Below, one piece after another: positions 11,910 through 24,149 of a stretch of 64,000 bases of DNA. Under the pieces are notes generated by a model. It was not told the origin of the DNA. It made no database searches and worked only from the letters and a program-made list of their open reading frames with translations. The translations under genes were made by a program, and so were the position numbers. The stretch comes from Octopus sinensis (taxonomy: Eukaryota). Positions within the stretch are counted from its first letter, which is position 1, and each line of letters begins with the position of its first letter. Where the stretch lies: contig NC_043007.1 in the NCBI RefSeq assembly GCF_006345805.1, positions 8,680,001 to 8,744,000 on the forward strand, written 5' to 3'.

Positions 11910-13073
11910 GTAAGTGGTTTTTCTTATTTTGGTGTGGGTTTGCTGTTAGGATTGGTTTCCAGAGTTTAGTCTATATTAGGGTCAGCTTGGGGGTTTGTGA
12001 AGGGTTTTTAGAGAGAATAGTCAGGTAAGAGATCAAAGTTTGAACTAGGGGTTAGGATTTGGGGTGATGAGGAGGGTAGAGATTGAACAGGTTTATTTTG
12101 AGTGTAGATCACTGTTTTATATCGGGTTTAGCATTGAAAAGCAGGGATGAGGGCTAAGGTTAATGCCTTTTGCGATCATGCCTCATATCCTACTACAATG
12201 GGAAAAATATAACCACGGAAAGCATCATATAATTCGTTATTCTATTGTAAACCATCATTCACAGTACATCTTGACAACCGATGCTAGTGTGTTTACGTCA
12301 CCATAACCTAGCGGTTCGGCAAAGGAGACCGATAGAATAAATATTAAGCTTACAAAGAATATGTCCTGGGGTGGATTTGCTCGAATGAAACAAGTCTTTA
12401 TTATAATATTCAAGGGAAGTAACTGTAGAAGATGTTTTCCAGTTATCTCCCTTAAATTTGTCAACAGAATAAACACTATATTTCGTTTTTGGATTTAGTT
12501 TGCAAGATTCTTTATATGAGTTCGTGTGTTGAAGCATATTCTGTTGTGTCTGGGAAGAGTCATTCTCTTTTAGTGCCTTATTTAATACACTCACCGGTAA
12601 ACATTTCCACTTATTTGTTATTTTTATTAGTCAACACACTCACAAACGGATGCGCGCACACACAGAAATGAAAACACCTGCACACACACAAACGCTCAGA
12701 CACCAACAGTGAACTGGAAACACTCTGTCACACAGGTGCGCGCGCACAGACACAGTAATGAGATGTATATATATATATATAATATATATATATATATATA
12801 ATATATAATATATATTATATATATATATTTTTATATACATGAATACTTGCTGTGCGTGACTGTGTAACTGTGTGTATGTATGCGTGTGTGAGTGTTTTAA
12901 AATCTGTGTGTATCTTGTTTCTACGTATATACATATATATATATATATATACATATATATACATATATATATACAACGGGAAGCTTTATGAAAATAAACA
13001 AAAGACGAAGGCAGGTGGAAAACAAACGAACAATTGTATTAGTATGGCGCTCAGGAAATATAAATAAAACAAG

Positions 13074-13111
13074 TCTTTAACGTTTCGAGCCTACGCTCTT
13101 CAACAGAAAGA
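13074..13111 (-). ncRNA. Minimal type I hammerhead-like motif in the PLE pseudo-LTR (core variant CUGUUGA)
   Basis: Minus strand reads UCUUU-CUGUUGA-A-GAGC(GUAG)GCUC-GAAA-C-GUU-AAAGA: 5-bp stem I, 4-bp stem II, minimal stem III. A6 of the core is replaced by U. Confidence 0.7.
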
Positions 13112-13283
13112 TACACAGAGAGAGAAAAACACAGAAAGAAGGAGAGAAAAAAAATGCGTGCAGTAGCTAACGAATCAACATGGCGATCTGATTTCGGCCA
13201 GAGGTCAAAGATCAAACATGAGACGCGAGAGCGAAATAAGGGGAGATAATAGGGTTGATAAAATGTTTGAGGGACCAGCTAAA

Positions 13284-13585
13284 AGTGCGTGGGAGGGGTC
13301 TGGATGTGTGTATGTATAGGGTTGGTGTATGTATTAGTATGTATAAGGGTTGTGTGTGTGTGGTGTGTGTGTATGAGAGAGTATAGTGCGTAGGATTGGT
13401 CTGGACGTGCGTATGTATGGGGTTGGTGTATGTATTAGTATGTATTAGTACGTATTGGTATGTATAGGTGTGTGTGTGTGTGAGAGAGTATAAGTGCGTA
13501 TGCGGGGTCTGGACGTGTGTATGTATAGGGTTGGTGTAAGTATTAGTATGTACTAGTATGTATTAGTACGTATTAGTATGTATTA
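13284..13585. repeat. Three ~104-bp degenerate tandem units in the PLE 3' region
   Basis: ggtctgga(t/c)gtg..tatgtat.gggttggtgta at ~13295, 13398 and 13504. Confidence 0.8.
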
Positions 13586-16520
13586 GTTGGTGTGTGTATT
13601 AGTATGGCAATCATATGTGATGTGATGTGTAAAGTCATGTGTGTAGTGAGGAGAAGAGGGGGGAGAGAAGGGGAGGGGAAGAAGAGGGGGAGGAGAATGG
13701 GAAGAGGAGAGGATGGGGGAGAAGGAAGGGGAGAGAGGGAGCAGAGGGAAGGGGAGAGAGGGAGGGAGAAAGAGGAAGAAGAAGGGAAGGGGAGTAGGGG
13801 TGAAAGGATGAAGGACTGAAGAAGTAGGGGTCGGGGGGAGAAAGGATAGGTGAGGAGGGTTAGATGAGGAGGGGGGGAGAGTTGAGACCAAATGGCGTAT
13901 AAGAGCGAAGAGAGAAGATTAATTCCTGTTCACGGCGCAAACGGGAATCCGGATGGCCTCTGTGTAAGGACAAACCGAACACAGATAGGTGTTGCAAGGA
14001 GTGACCGGTGGAGTGGAAATGGCGTGAGAACCGGTGTGTCGTTCGCAAGGTGGATGTCACGAAGGTGTTCCGCGAACCGGTCAGCCAAGCGGCGTCCCGT
14101 TTGTCCGATGTACAAGGAATTGCAGAGAGAGCAAGAGATGCAATAGATAATATTGCTGGAGGTGCAGGTGAAGGAGTGGATGATGGGATAGGGTCGATGG
14201 TGGGTGCTAGTGAGGCGGGTGGTGTGGAGAGGTAAGGGCAAGTGCGGCAACGTGGGCGGGAGCAGGGGAACGAGCCGGGTTGGGAGGTGGTAGGGTCAGG
14301 GAAGGAGCTATGGACCAAAAGGTCTCGAAGGTTGTGGGCTCATTTGAAAGAGGGGAGGGGTCGGTTAGGGAAGAGGTGTGAAGTGGACGGGTCGGACTGG
14401 AGATGACGGAAAGCTCGAAGAATGGTGCGTTGGAGACGTAGGGTCGTGGGGTGGTAAGTGAGGGGAAAAGGGAGGCGGGAGACTACAGGGGGTTCGGGGA
14501 GAGAGCAGATACACGGTCCACGGACCGTGCTCTGGCAGGGCGGTGTGGATAGTGGTGAGGGGGTATCCACGTAGGGTGAAGTGGTGGGCCATACGTTGAG
14601 ACTGAGTCTCAAAGTCATGGTCGTCACTACAGAGCCTACGTAGACGGAGGAATGGGAATAGGGATGGAAAGCTTGGTGTGTTGGGGTGGGAGGAAGAGAA
14701 GTTGAGGTATGAGTGTGAGTCTGTGTGTTTGTAGTGAATGGAGGTGGTAAGAGTGGAGTGAAGAATGCTAACCGAAATGTCGAGGAAGGAGACAGAGGTG
14801 TTGGAGATAGTGGAAGTGAAGTGGAGGGCTGGATGGAAAGATTGGACGAAAGAGAGGAAGGAATCTAGATGTTCGCGGGAGAGTGAGGTGGCACCGATAA
14901 TGTCGTCAATATAACGACCATATAGTTCAGGAGTGGGACCAGTGAAATTAGAGAATATTTGGGCCTCACATAGCCAACGAACAGGTTCGCATAGTTGGGG
15001 CCCATTCGCGTTCCCATGGCCACTCCCGAGACCTGATGGTAGAACTCGCCCGCGAACGAGAAGCAGTTCAGAGTAAGGACAAGTTCGGCCAGACGAATGA
15101 GTGTGGAGGTGTCAGGTACAGGGTTAGAGCGGAGGTCAAGAAAGTGTCGAAGGGCCTGCAGTCCTTCGTGGTGAGGGATAACAGTATAGAGGCTTTGGAT
15201 GTCCATAGTAAAAAGGATTTTGGAGGAGCCGGGAGGAAAGGAGAAAGAGTTGAAAAGCCGGAGAGCATGGTTGGTATCGTGGATGTGGGAGGGAAGAGAT
15301 GCCACTAGGGGGGCAAGGACACGGTCGAGGTATTAGAGATGAGCTCCGTGGGGCAGTTACAGGCGGAGACGATGGGGCGGCCAGGGTTGTTGGGTTTGTG
15401 GATTTTGGGGAGGAAGTAAATGGTGGGGGTACGTGGGGTTCGCACAATTAGGTTGGATGCGGTGCGGGGGAGACGGGAGGACGAGATGAGGTCTTGGACA
15501 GTAGAGAGGATACCGTCTGTGGTAGATACGTGTGGGGTTAGAGGGCAGAGGGGAATAGAAGGAGGTGTCATTGAGTTGGCGGAAAGCCTCGGTCCTATAG
15601 AGGTCCGCGCGCCACACCACTACAGCTCCACCCTTGTCAGCCGGTTTGATGATAATGTCAGCGCGCCGTTGGAGGGAACGAAGAGCAAGAGCTCAGCCGG
15701 GGAGATGTTGAGGCGGCGTTGGCGCCTGGAGAAGTTGAACCGCTCCAATGCACGCTGACAAGCGCCCGCGAAAAGATCCACTGCTAGGATCTGGCCAGGG
15801 GCAGGCGTCCACGGGGATGGTCGGCGGCCCAGGCCAGTGAAGCAGTCGTCCTCTTCGTTGGGTGTGGGTGGCGAGTCGTGGTAATGCGCACCCAACCGGA
15901 CACGGCGCACAAAGCTGTGGACATCAACTCGCGTCTGGAATTCCTTACAGGATGGAGTGAGGGGGATGAAACGCAGACCCCTACCAACGACGGAGCGTTC
16001 AGCCGCAGAGAGGGGAAGATCGGGGGGAATGGTAACAACAGACATATATATACACGTTAACATGTCTGTTTATCCATCGAACATAACGTCACCTTAGCGG
16101 TTCTGCAAAAGAGACTTATAGAATAAGTACTAGGCATACAAAGAATAAGTCCTGGGTTGATTCACTCGACTAAAGGCGGTGCTCCAGCATGGCCGCAGTG
16201 AAATAACTGAAAGAGTGTAACAAAGCGACGAAGTATATATTACGATAACTACATTTAGGGGAGATAACTACAAAATATCTTCTAGAGTTACTTCCCTCGT
16301 ATATAATAATTTAAATATTGAATATGCAAGGGAACTCAAGGATATAATTTGTAGTTATATCTCTTAAATATGTAGTTAGCGGGAGATAACTGCAGTATAC
16401 GTTCTAGAGTTATTTCCCTTGCATATGACTATATTAGTAATGTCATTCAAGTATGATATGCAAGGGATGTAACTCTACAAGGTATTTTGTAGTATATTTG
16501 AAGAGGTGACGCATGCACAA

Positions 16521-16898
16521 TTACTCTTTTCCTTGTTTGTGTCATTTGAGTGTGCCCATGTTGGAGCACCGCCTTTTGTCGAGCTAATCGACACCAGGAC
16601 TTATTCTTTCTAAGTCTAGTATTATTTCATTTGTCCTCTTTGCCGAACCGCTAATATACGGGAGCGTAAACACACCAGCATCAGTTGTGAAGCGGTTTTG
16701 GGGATACAGAAACATACATATATATATTCATATATTCGATGGGCTTCTTTCTTTTCCATGTACCAAACCCACTCAAAAACTTTTGTCTTTCCGAGGCTAT
16801 ATTAGAAGTCACCTGCCCAAAGTGCCACGTAGTGGGACTTAACCAAAGCCATGTGGTTGCTAATCAAGCTACATACCACACAGCCACTCTTACGCCTA
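16521..16898 (-). mobile_element. SINE family A copy
   Basis: Reverse complement of the 5627-6058 head and tail motifs. Confidence 0.85.
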
Positions 16899-17534
16899 TA
16901 TATTTACATACATATATCTACGACACTCTTCTTTCAGTGTGTGAGTGTTTGGATGTGTAACTGTATTTTCATTTCTATGTGTGTGTGGGTTTGTGCCTGT
17001 GTGAGTGAGTGTTTTCATTTCTGTGTTTGTCCGTGTTTGTGAGTGTTTGTATGTGTAGCTGTGTATTTTCATTTCTATGTGTGTGTGTTTGGGCGTATGT
17101 GAGTGTGTGTGTGAGTATTTCTTTTTCAGTGTTTGTGTGGGACTGATTTTATTTGTGTGTGTGGGTATTTTCATTTCAGTGTGTACGTGTGTGTGAGCGA
17201 CTGAGTGTTTTTATTTGTGTGAGTGCGACAATTACAGCTACAACAAACATTTTCACCAACTCTAAGATACCCACATTTGCAGATCACTAACTACTAAAAG
17301 AAGTTCAATTTATTGCACATTTAGTGACTTCAGATGTTGCTCATATTTTTCTCATATGGTGACAATGTATTAATTTCAGAAGTGGATAAAAGAAATTCTC
17401 ATACTGGCGTGGAGGGGGCTGATATTCTATTTGCGAGTGTTAAGCACCCAACGCTCCCCGTATCTACATAACTGGATCGGCCATGATTGGTCTCATTCGG
17501 AGATCTCTTGGATGTGGAATATTTATGACTAATG

Positions 17535-17808
17535 TCAAGTGTTCTACTATAGCCTCGGACAGACCAAAGCTTTGTGAGTGGATTTGGTACGTGGAAACAG
17601 ACAGAAGCTTGTCGTATATATGAATATATATATATATATACATATATATATACACACACACGTTTGTGTTTGTGTATTTATCTGTCTGCTTTTGGTCCCC
17701 AAAATCGCTTGACAACCGATGCTGGTGTGTTTACGTCACCGTAAGTTGGCGATTCGGCAAAAGAAGACCGATAGAATAAATAGTGGGCTTACAAAGAATA
17801 AGTCCTGG

Positions 17809-17863
<55 letters not shown>

Positions 17864-18260
17864 CATTAAGAGTGGCCGTGGTATTTTGCTTGCTTTCCAA
17901 TCACGAGGTTTATGGTTCAGTCCAACTACGTGGCCCCATGGGCAAGTATCTTCTAACATAGCCTCGGACAGACCGAAGTTACTGAGTAGATTTGGTACAC
18001 GGAAACAGAAAGTTGCCTGTCGTATATAGATTGGTAGATATTTAGATAGAGATATAGATATATATAGGTAGATGTATATACAGGTATATTTATAGATAAA
18101 GATATATGTATATGTGTGTATGTTTCTGTGTCCCATAATTCGCTTCACAATCAATTCTGGTGCGTTTACGTCGCCGTAAGTTAGCGGTTCGGTCGATATG
18201 CTCTAGAAAAGGCTGTGCTCCAGCATGGGCACTGTCAAATGAATAAAACGAGTAAAAGTA
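17535..18260 (+). mobile_element. Two adjacent degenerate SINE family A copies (~17535-17808 and ~17865-18260)
   Basis: Motifs gatttggta..ggaaac.ga..gaag, cttgacaaccgatgctgg and gctccagcatgg. Confidence 0.8.
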
Positions 18261-18473
18261 TCACGTCTGAATTTAATAATAGTAATAATATAATTGTATG
18301 TAAGGAAAGTAACTGTAGAAGATATGACAACATATTTAAGGGATATAATTTCAAAATATTTTCTAGAGTTACTTCCCCTCTATATTAGTTTTTTTTATTA
18401 TGAAATGTGAGGGAAGTAACTCTAGAAGATAGTTTGTAGTTATCTCCCTTAAAATGTAGTTGTACGATGCTGT

Positions 18474-18573
18474 NNNNNNNNNNNNNNNNNNNNNNNNNNN
18501 NNNNNNNNNNNNNNNNNNNNNNNNNNNNNNNNNNNNNNNNNNNNNNNNNNNNNNNNNNNNNNNNNNNNNNNNN
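18474..18573. other. Assembly gap (100 N)
   Basis: Direct reading. Confidence 1.
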
Positions 18574-18705
18574 ATCCCCGAGAACTACGTTAAGGGTGCT
18601 CGTATCTGTGGAGTGCTCAGCCACTTACACGTTAATTGCACGAGCAGGCTGTTCCGTTGATTCGGATCAACCGGAACCCTCATCGTCGTAACCGACGGAG
18701 TGCTT
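18574..18705 (+). mobile_element. 3' part of a SINE family B copy (5' end lies in the gap)
   Basis: Matches 20210-20340. Confidence 0.85.
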
Positions 18706-19022
18706 CTACTTGCATACATGTATATAAATAGGGAGGTGCTGAAAAATTCTTGACTTTTGGTAAAAGAAAATACAGGAGGACCAGTTTATAATGATTTTAT
18801 TCATTATAGTCCTTTCTCTGATTCGAACACTTATTGTAGCGGTTCTTCAGTTTTTTTTAAGTCCTGTAAAAGAACTTGGAAGTTTGGCCCTGGAACCAGG
18901 CCTTTTGCGATATCTTTAACGCCAGGAATTTTTGAGCACTCCCTCGTCTGTATGTATGTGTGTATGTATAATATATACAATATATATATATGTATGTATA
19001 TATGTATATAATATATATATAT

Positions 19023-19097
<75 letters not shown>

Positions 19098-19324
19098 CAT
19101 ATATACATACATATATATACATACATACACACATATATATATATATATATATACATACACATAAATTCATAAATATATATGCATACGTGTATATATACAT
19201 ATAAATATATGCATATATACATAAACATATATACATATGTATATATATATATATATACACATACATATATATATACATACACACGCATACACACAACAAA
19301 CACATATGTATGTATGTATGCATG

Positions 19325-19371
<47 letters not shown>

Positions 19372-19439
19372 CACATACATACATACACGCACAGATACAA
19401 AGAAACACAAATCTATCAATCCATCCGTCTAGATAGATG

Positions 19440-19494
19440 GATGGTTAGGTAGACAGACAGGTTGGTAGACAGACAGGTAGATAGATAGATAGAC

Positions 19495-19533
<39 letters not shown>

Positions 19534-19534
19534 C

Positions 19535-19601
<67 letters not shown>

Positions 19602-19617
19602 TAGATAGATAGATAGG

Positions 19618-19657
<40 letters not shown>

Positions 19658-19670
19658 CAGATAGATACAT
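19440..19670. repeat. (GATA)n/(GACA)n microsatellite
   Basis: Direct reading. Confidence 0.97.
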
Positions 19671-19961
19671 AAAACAATTTGAAGCGGTATTTACTCCGTA
19701 CAGTACAGAAAACAAAACAATGTGCTGTACACTGGCTGTTGCTCTTAAGGGTTTTAACTTTTCGTTGATTACCTATTGAGCACTTAGTAGGCATCATACA
19801 TCGTCTTCAGATGAATTAGGGGTTTTTGTGTCAAAACGTGTACGGATCCCCTGAACTTGGACTCGTTCAGTAAACGTTTGCGTTTGCTGGAAGTGACTGG
19901 TATCCCAGGGAAGTAGCATTTCTGTCCACTACCCATTCGATTTGTTTCCTATACTTTCTGT

Positions 19962-20341
19962 GGAGGCGCAATAGCCCAGTGGTTAGGGCAGCGGACTCGC
20001 GGTCATAGGATCGCGGTTTCGATTCCCAGACCGAGCGTTGTGAGTGTTTATTGAGCGAAAACACCTAAAGCTCCACGAGGCTCCGGCAGGGGATGGTGGT
20101 GATCCCTGCTGTACTCTTTCACCACAACTTTCTCTCACTCTTACTTCCTGTTTCTGTTGTACCTGTATTTCAAAGGGCCGGTCTTGTCACTCTCTGTGTC
20201 ACGCTGAATATCCCCGAGAACTACGTTAAGGGTACGCGTGTCTGTGGAGTTCTCAGCCACTTGCACGTTAATTTCACGAGCAGGCTGTTCTGTTGATCGG
20301 ATCAACCGGAACCCTCGTCGTCGTAACCGACAGAGTGCTTC
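19962..20341 (+). mobile_element. Full-length tRNA-derived SINE family B
   Basis: A-box-like tagcccagtggttagg and B-box-like ggtttcgattccc. 12-bp TSD cctatactttct at 19948-19959 and 20342-20353. Confidence 0.9.
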
Positions 20342-20604
20342 CCTATACTTTCTTATTTTGCAACTCACTGCTGGTCCCATACTTTGGTTATTTGAAACAC
20401 TACTATTCTACAAATGCTTCGTTTTCCTAGAATAAAAAAAGAAAAAAATTAAGAGTCGGGGTGGCTGTTTGCTGAGAAGATTACTACCCAACCACATGGC
20501 TATAGATTCAGTCCCACTACGTAGCACCTTGGGCAAGTGTCTTCTACTATGGCCACGGGCCGACCAAATCCGTATGACCGGATATTGACGGCAAACTGAA
20601 AAGA

Positions 20605-20782
20605 AGTTCGATTTTTTTCCCCTGTCTTCCCTTCTCGGGATCTTTCCTTCTCCTATTTTCCGACGGGAGCTCCGCTCGAAACGTCAAGCCCTCCTTCTTA
20701 CCTTCTTTCCTGAGCGTCCAAATATATATTTGTTCCACGTCCTTGCGTTGTTGTTTTTTTGTTTTTGTTTTCTTGTTTGGAT

Positions 20783-20790
<8 letters not shown>
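20605..20790 (+). mobile_element. Solitary PLE pseudo-LTR-like fragment with degenerate hammerhead, interrupting a SINE A copy
   Basis: ccgacgg-GAGC(TCC)GCTC-GAAACGTC at 20660-20685, followed by TTTCCTGAGCG as found downstream of the 13074-13111 motif. Confidence 0.55.
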
Positions 20791-20826
<36 letters not shown>

Positions 20827-21514
20827 GTTGTGTGTGTTATATTTGTGTGTCTGTGTTTCCCTACCCCACCATCGCTCGATGTTCCTGTAACTTAGCGATT
20901 CGGCATAGAGATCGATAATAGAATAAGTACCGGGCTTACAAAGAATAAGCCAGATCTGAAGAACTAAATACTGGGGGGGGGGGGCGATTTTTCCGACTAA
21001 ACCCCTCAAGGCTGTTCCCTAACACGAGCTCAGTTTAATAATAAATGATAACCCCCCCCCAAATCCCCCCCAGACATAAATACAAAGAAAATGTACCTCA
21101 CGCAGTCACACATGAATTAGCGCACGATGAAGCTGTGAGGAATTCGCTATTATTAATATGGCGGATAAAGAAAGGGATAGAGAAGAGAATGAAGTTTGAG
21201 AGAAAGAGAGAAAGAGAGAAAGAGAGAAGAGAGAGAGAGAGAGAGAGACGGGAGAGGAGGAATGAAAGAGAGGCAAAATAAAATAGAAAGGAAGGAGGTG
21301 AGAGAATGATATGTGATGTTGAAATGAAAATTATGTGTCGTAAAATTAGATAAGGTAAATATAGTTATTACGGTTTGCTGAAAATGTTGTCTCGTCGCTT
21401 TCGTTGTTATTTATTCTGTTGCCGTAATTGTTTAGTAACCTTCCAGTCCTGTCTGTGTTAGACCGAGCATAGTAGTTATTCCATTCTGTTGTTTAACATG
21501 TCTGGAACTACATT

Positions 21515-22690
21515 GAAGGCGGCGAGCTGGCGGAATCTTTAAGACGCCGGCGAGCTTGCAGAAAAACGTTAACGCGCCGGGCGAAATGCGTTGTCGTATT
21601 TCGTCTGCCGTTATGTTCTGAGTTCAAATTCCGCCGAGGTCGACTTTGCCTTTCATCCTTTCTGGGTCGATTAAATAAGTACCACCAGTTACGCATTGGG
21701 GTCGATATAATAGACTTAATCCGTTTGTCTGTCATTGTTTCTCCCCTCTGTGTTTAGCCCCTTGTGGGCAATAAAGAAATATGTATTTCGTTTGTCTTTA
21801 TGTTCTGAGTTCAAATTCCGCCGAGGTCGACTTTGCCCTTTCATCATTTCGGGGTCGATAAACTAAGTACCTGTAGCATACTGCGGTCGATCTATTCGAC
21901 TGACCCCCTCCCCACAAATTTCAGGCCTTGTGCCTAGAGTAGAAAACAATATGTCTTGAAGGCGGCGAGCTGGTGGAATCGTTAGCACACCGGGTGAAAT
22001 GCATAGCAGTATTTCATCCGTCTTTACATTTTGAGTTCAAATTTTACTTAGGTCGACGAGCACTGGGGTCGAAAGTAATCGTCTTACCCCTTCCACCGAA
22101 GTTGTTAGCCTTGTGCCGAAATTTGAAACCAATATATCTAGAACTGGAGTGAAGGCGGCGAGCTGGCAGAATCGCTAGCAGGCCGGACGAAATGCTTAGT
22201 GGAATTTCGTCTGCCATTACGTTCTGAGTTCAAATGCCGCTGAGGACAACTTTGCCTTTTATCCTTTCGGGGTCGATAAATTAAGTACCAGTTACACACT
22301 GGAGTCGATGTAATCAACTTAATCCGTTAGTCTGTCCTTGTTTGTTCTCTTTGTATTTAGCCCCTTGTGGGTAGTAAAGAAATAGGTATTTCGTCTGCCG
22401 CTTCGTCTTAGTTCAAATTCCGCCGAGGTCGACTTTGTCTTCCATCCTTTAGGGCCGATAAATTAAGTACCAGTGCCTATAGAAAAGAATCTGTAGCACG
22501 CCGGGAAAAATGCTTAGCGGCGTTTCATCCGTCTTTACATTTTGAGTTCAAATTCAACCGAGGTCGACTTTGCTTTTTAATACTTTCGGGGTCGATAAAT
22601 CATGTATTTGTTGAGCATGGGAGTCGCATATAATCGACTAATCCCCTCCACCAAAGTTGCTGGCCTTATGCCAAAATGTGAAGATAATAT
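21515..22690 (+). mobile_element. Head-to-tail cluster of about six SINE family C units (Nin/Deu-like domain ggtcgactttgcctttcatcctttcggggtcgataaa.taagtacc)
   Basis: Heads gaaggcggcgagctgg at 21515, ~21958 and 22152. Headless units start at ~21783, ~22386 and ~22494. Confidence 0.85.
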
Positions 22691-22724
22691 ACCTACATTA
22701 ATAAACAAGGTTTATTTATTTATC

Positions 22725-23073
22725 TATTTTTTTTTACTTGTTTCGGTCCTTGAACGGTGGCCATACTGGGGCACCGCCTTAATAGGTTTTTGTCGAAGAA
22801 CTCGTACCGATTGCATCACTCTCTGAATCGCTATGTTACGAGTACGTGAACAAACCAACACCAGTCCAGCGGTTGAAGAACAAGCACAAACTCAAAGACA
22901 CGCACACATAGGCTTCTACGCAATTTCTATTTACCAAAATTCACTCAGAAGATTTTTGGTTCGGGGCTATAATAAAATAAAGTGCAGCCCAAGTCTCAGG
23001 CCGTGGTATTGAACCCATAACCAAGATTTTACAAGGAAAGCTTCTTAACCACACAGCTATCCCAGCGCCTATA
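22725..23073 (-). mobile_element. Degenerate SINE family A copy
   Basis: Reverse-strand head (ccacacagctatcccagcgcc) and tail motifs. Confidence 0.7.
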
Positions 23074-23269
23074 TTAAAAAGAAAAGAAAAGAATATATTA
23101 CTCTTGTGATAGCCCAGGTTTGTTTTAAAGATTACATAGGACAACAATATGCCTCACTTTTTTTGTTTCCCTAAGAAAAATACGTTTTGTGGGAGATTTA
23201 GCTGCTATTCTTAGCAATTCCATTGACCACATGGATCATCAATCGCGATTCGCAGTGTTGCTTTCAACG

Positions 23270-23800
23270 ATATTAGTAGTAATGGTAGTAGCAGTAGCAG
23301 CAGCAGCAACAACAGTGCAGAAGCAGTATTACTTGTAGCATTAGTAGTGGTATTTGTAGTAGTAGTTATAGTAGTAGTAGAAGTGGTAGTTATAGTAGTA
23401 GTAGTATTAGTAGTAGTAAAATTTGTTGGATTAGTAGTTGTAGTAGAGGTTGTGGTGGCGGTGGTAGTAGCAGTTGTGGTGGTGGTAGTTGTAACAGTAG
23501 CAGCAGAAGAAGAAGCTGTAGTAGTAGTAGTAGTAGTAGTAGTAGCTGTAGTAGTAGTAGTAGTAGTAGTAGTAGCGACAACAGTAGTAGTGGCAGCGGC
23601 GATTTTGGTGGTCGTGGCGACTTTGGTGGTAGTGTTGGTGATGTTAGTGGTGGTCGAGTCGGTGTCGGTGGTGGTGGTGGTGGTGGTGGTGATGATGAGG
23701 GGTGATGCTGTTGTTGTTGTTGTTGTTCTTGGTGGTGGTTTGTGGTGGTGATGGTGGTAATGATGATGGTGGTGGCGGTGCTGGTAGTGGTTGTGTATTA
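23270..23800. repeat. Compound (GTA)n/(GGT)n/(GTT)n trinucleotide tract
   Basis: Direct reading. Confidence 0.95.
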
Positions 23801-23876
23801 GCCATGAGTCTCGTTCATTGCTGTAAATATGTCATTTATTAAGAAGTGTGGCGTCGAAACAAACCTGCAAATAAAA

Positions 23877-23936
<60 letters not shown>

Positions 23937-24149
23937 AAAGAACCCCAAACAAATACAAACAAAAAACAACAACATATAAATGAATGGTTGCAAGATGGTA
24001 GCAGGCTTTAGATGATGGAGACATGAATTGTATGACCGGAAATTGGAGTGTATTGTGGGTCCTGTTGGTGGGGGATGGGTAAAAACTGAAAATGAAGGTG
24101 AGGAGGGGGTGAAAAATAACGCTGTGAAAAATCAGAGACGAAGAGTAAG

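Larger units (their letters stand above)
12974..16045 (-). mobile_element. Penelope-like element (Neptune-type): decayed RT + Cys linker + GIY-YIG endonuclease, with 3' pseudo-LTR
   Basis: Motifs LSAAERSVVGRGLRFIP, TMDIQSLYT, GVAMGTRMGPNYANLFVG, PCSRPRCRTC (Cys linker), NIIYCISCSLCNSLYIGQTGR and REQELIFSL..P.GLN, spread over several frames. Confidence 0.92.

Noticed and set aside
18831-19436. Long YI/IY/CV-rich ORFs here and at ~33.6 kb, ~42 kb, ~53 kb and ~62.7-63.3 kb
   Set aside because: Translations of (TA)n/(TG)n microsatellites.
19962-20035. tRNA-like sequences with A and B boxes (also 5627-5700 and ~36860-36934)
   Set aside because: They continue into SINE bodies with TSDs and lack a proper acceptor stem, so they are SINE heads rather than tRNA genes.
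23347-23751. 134-aa poly-Val ORF resembling a membrane protein
   Set aside because: Arises from (GTA)n/(GTG)n trinucleotide repeats.
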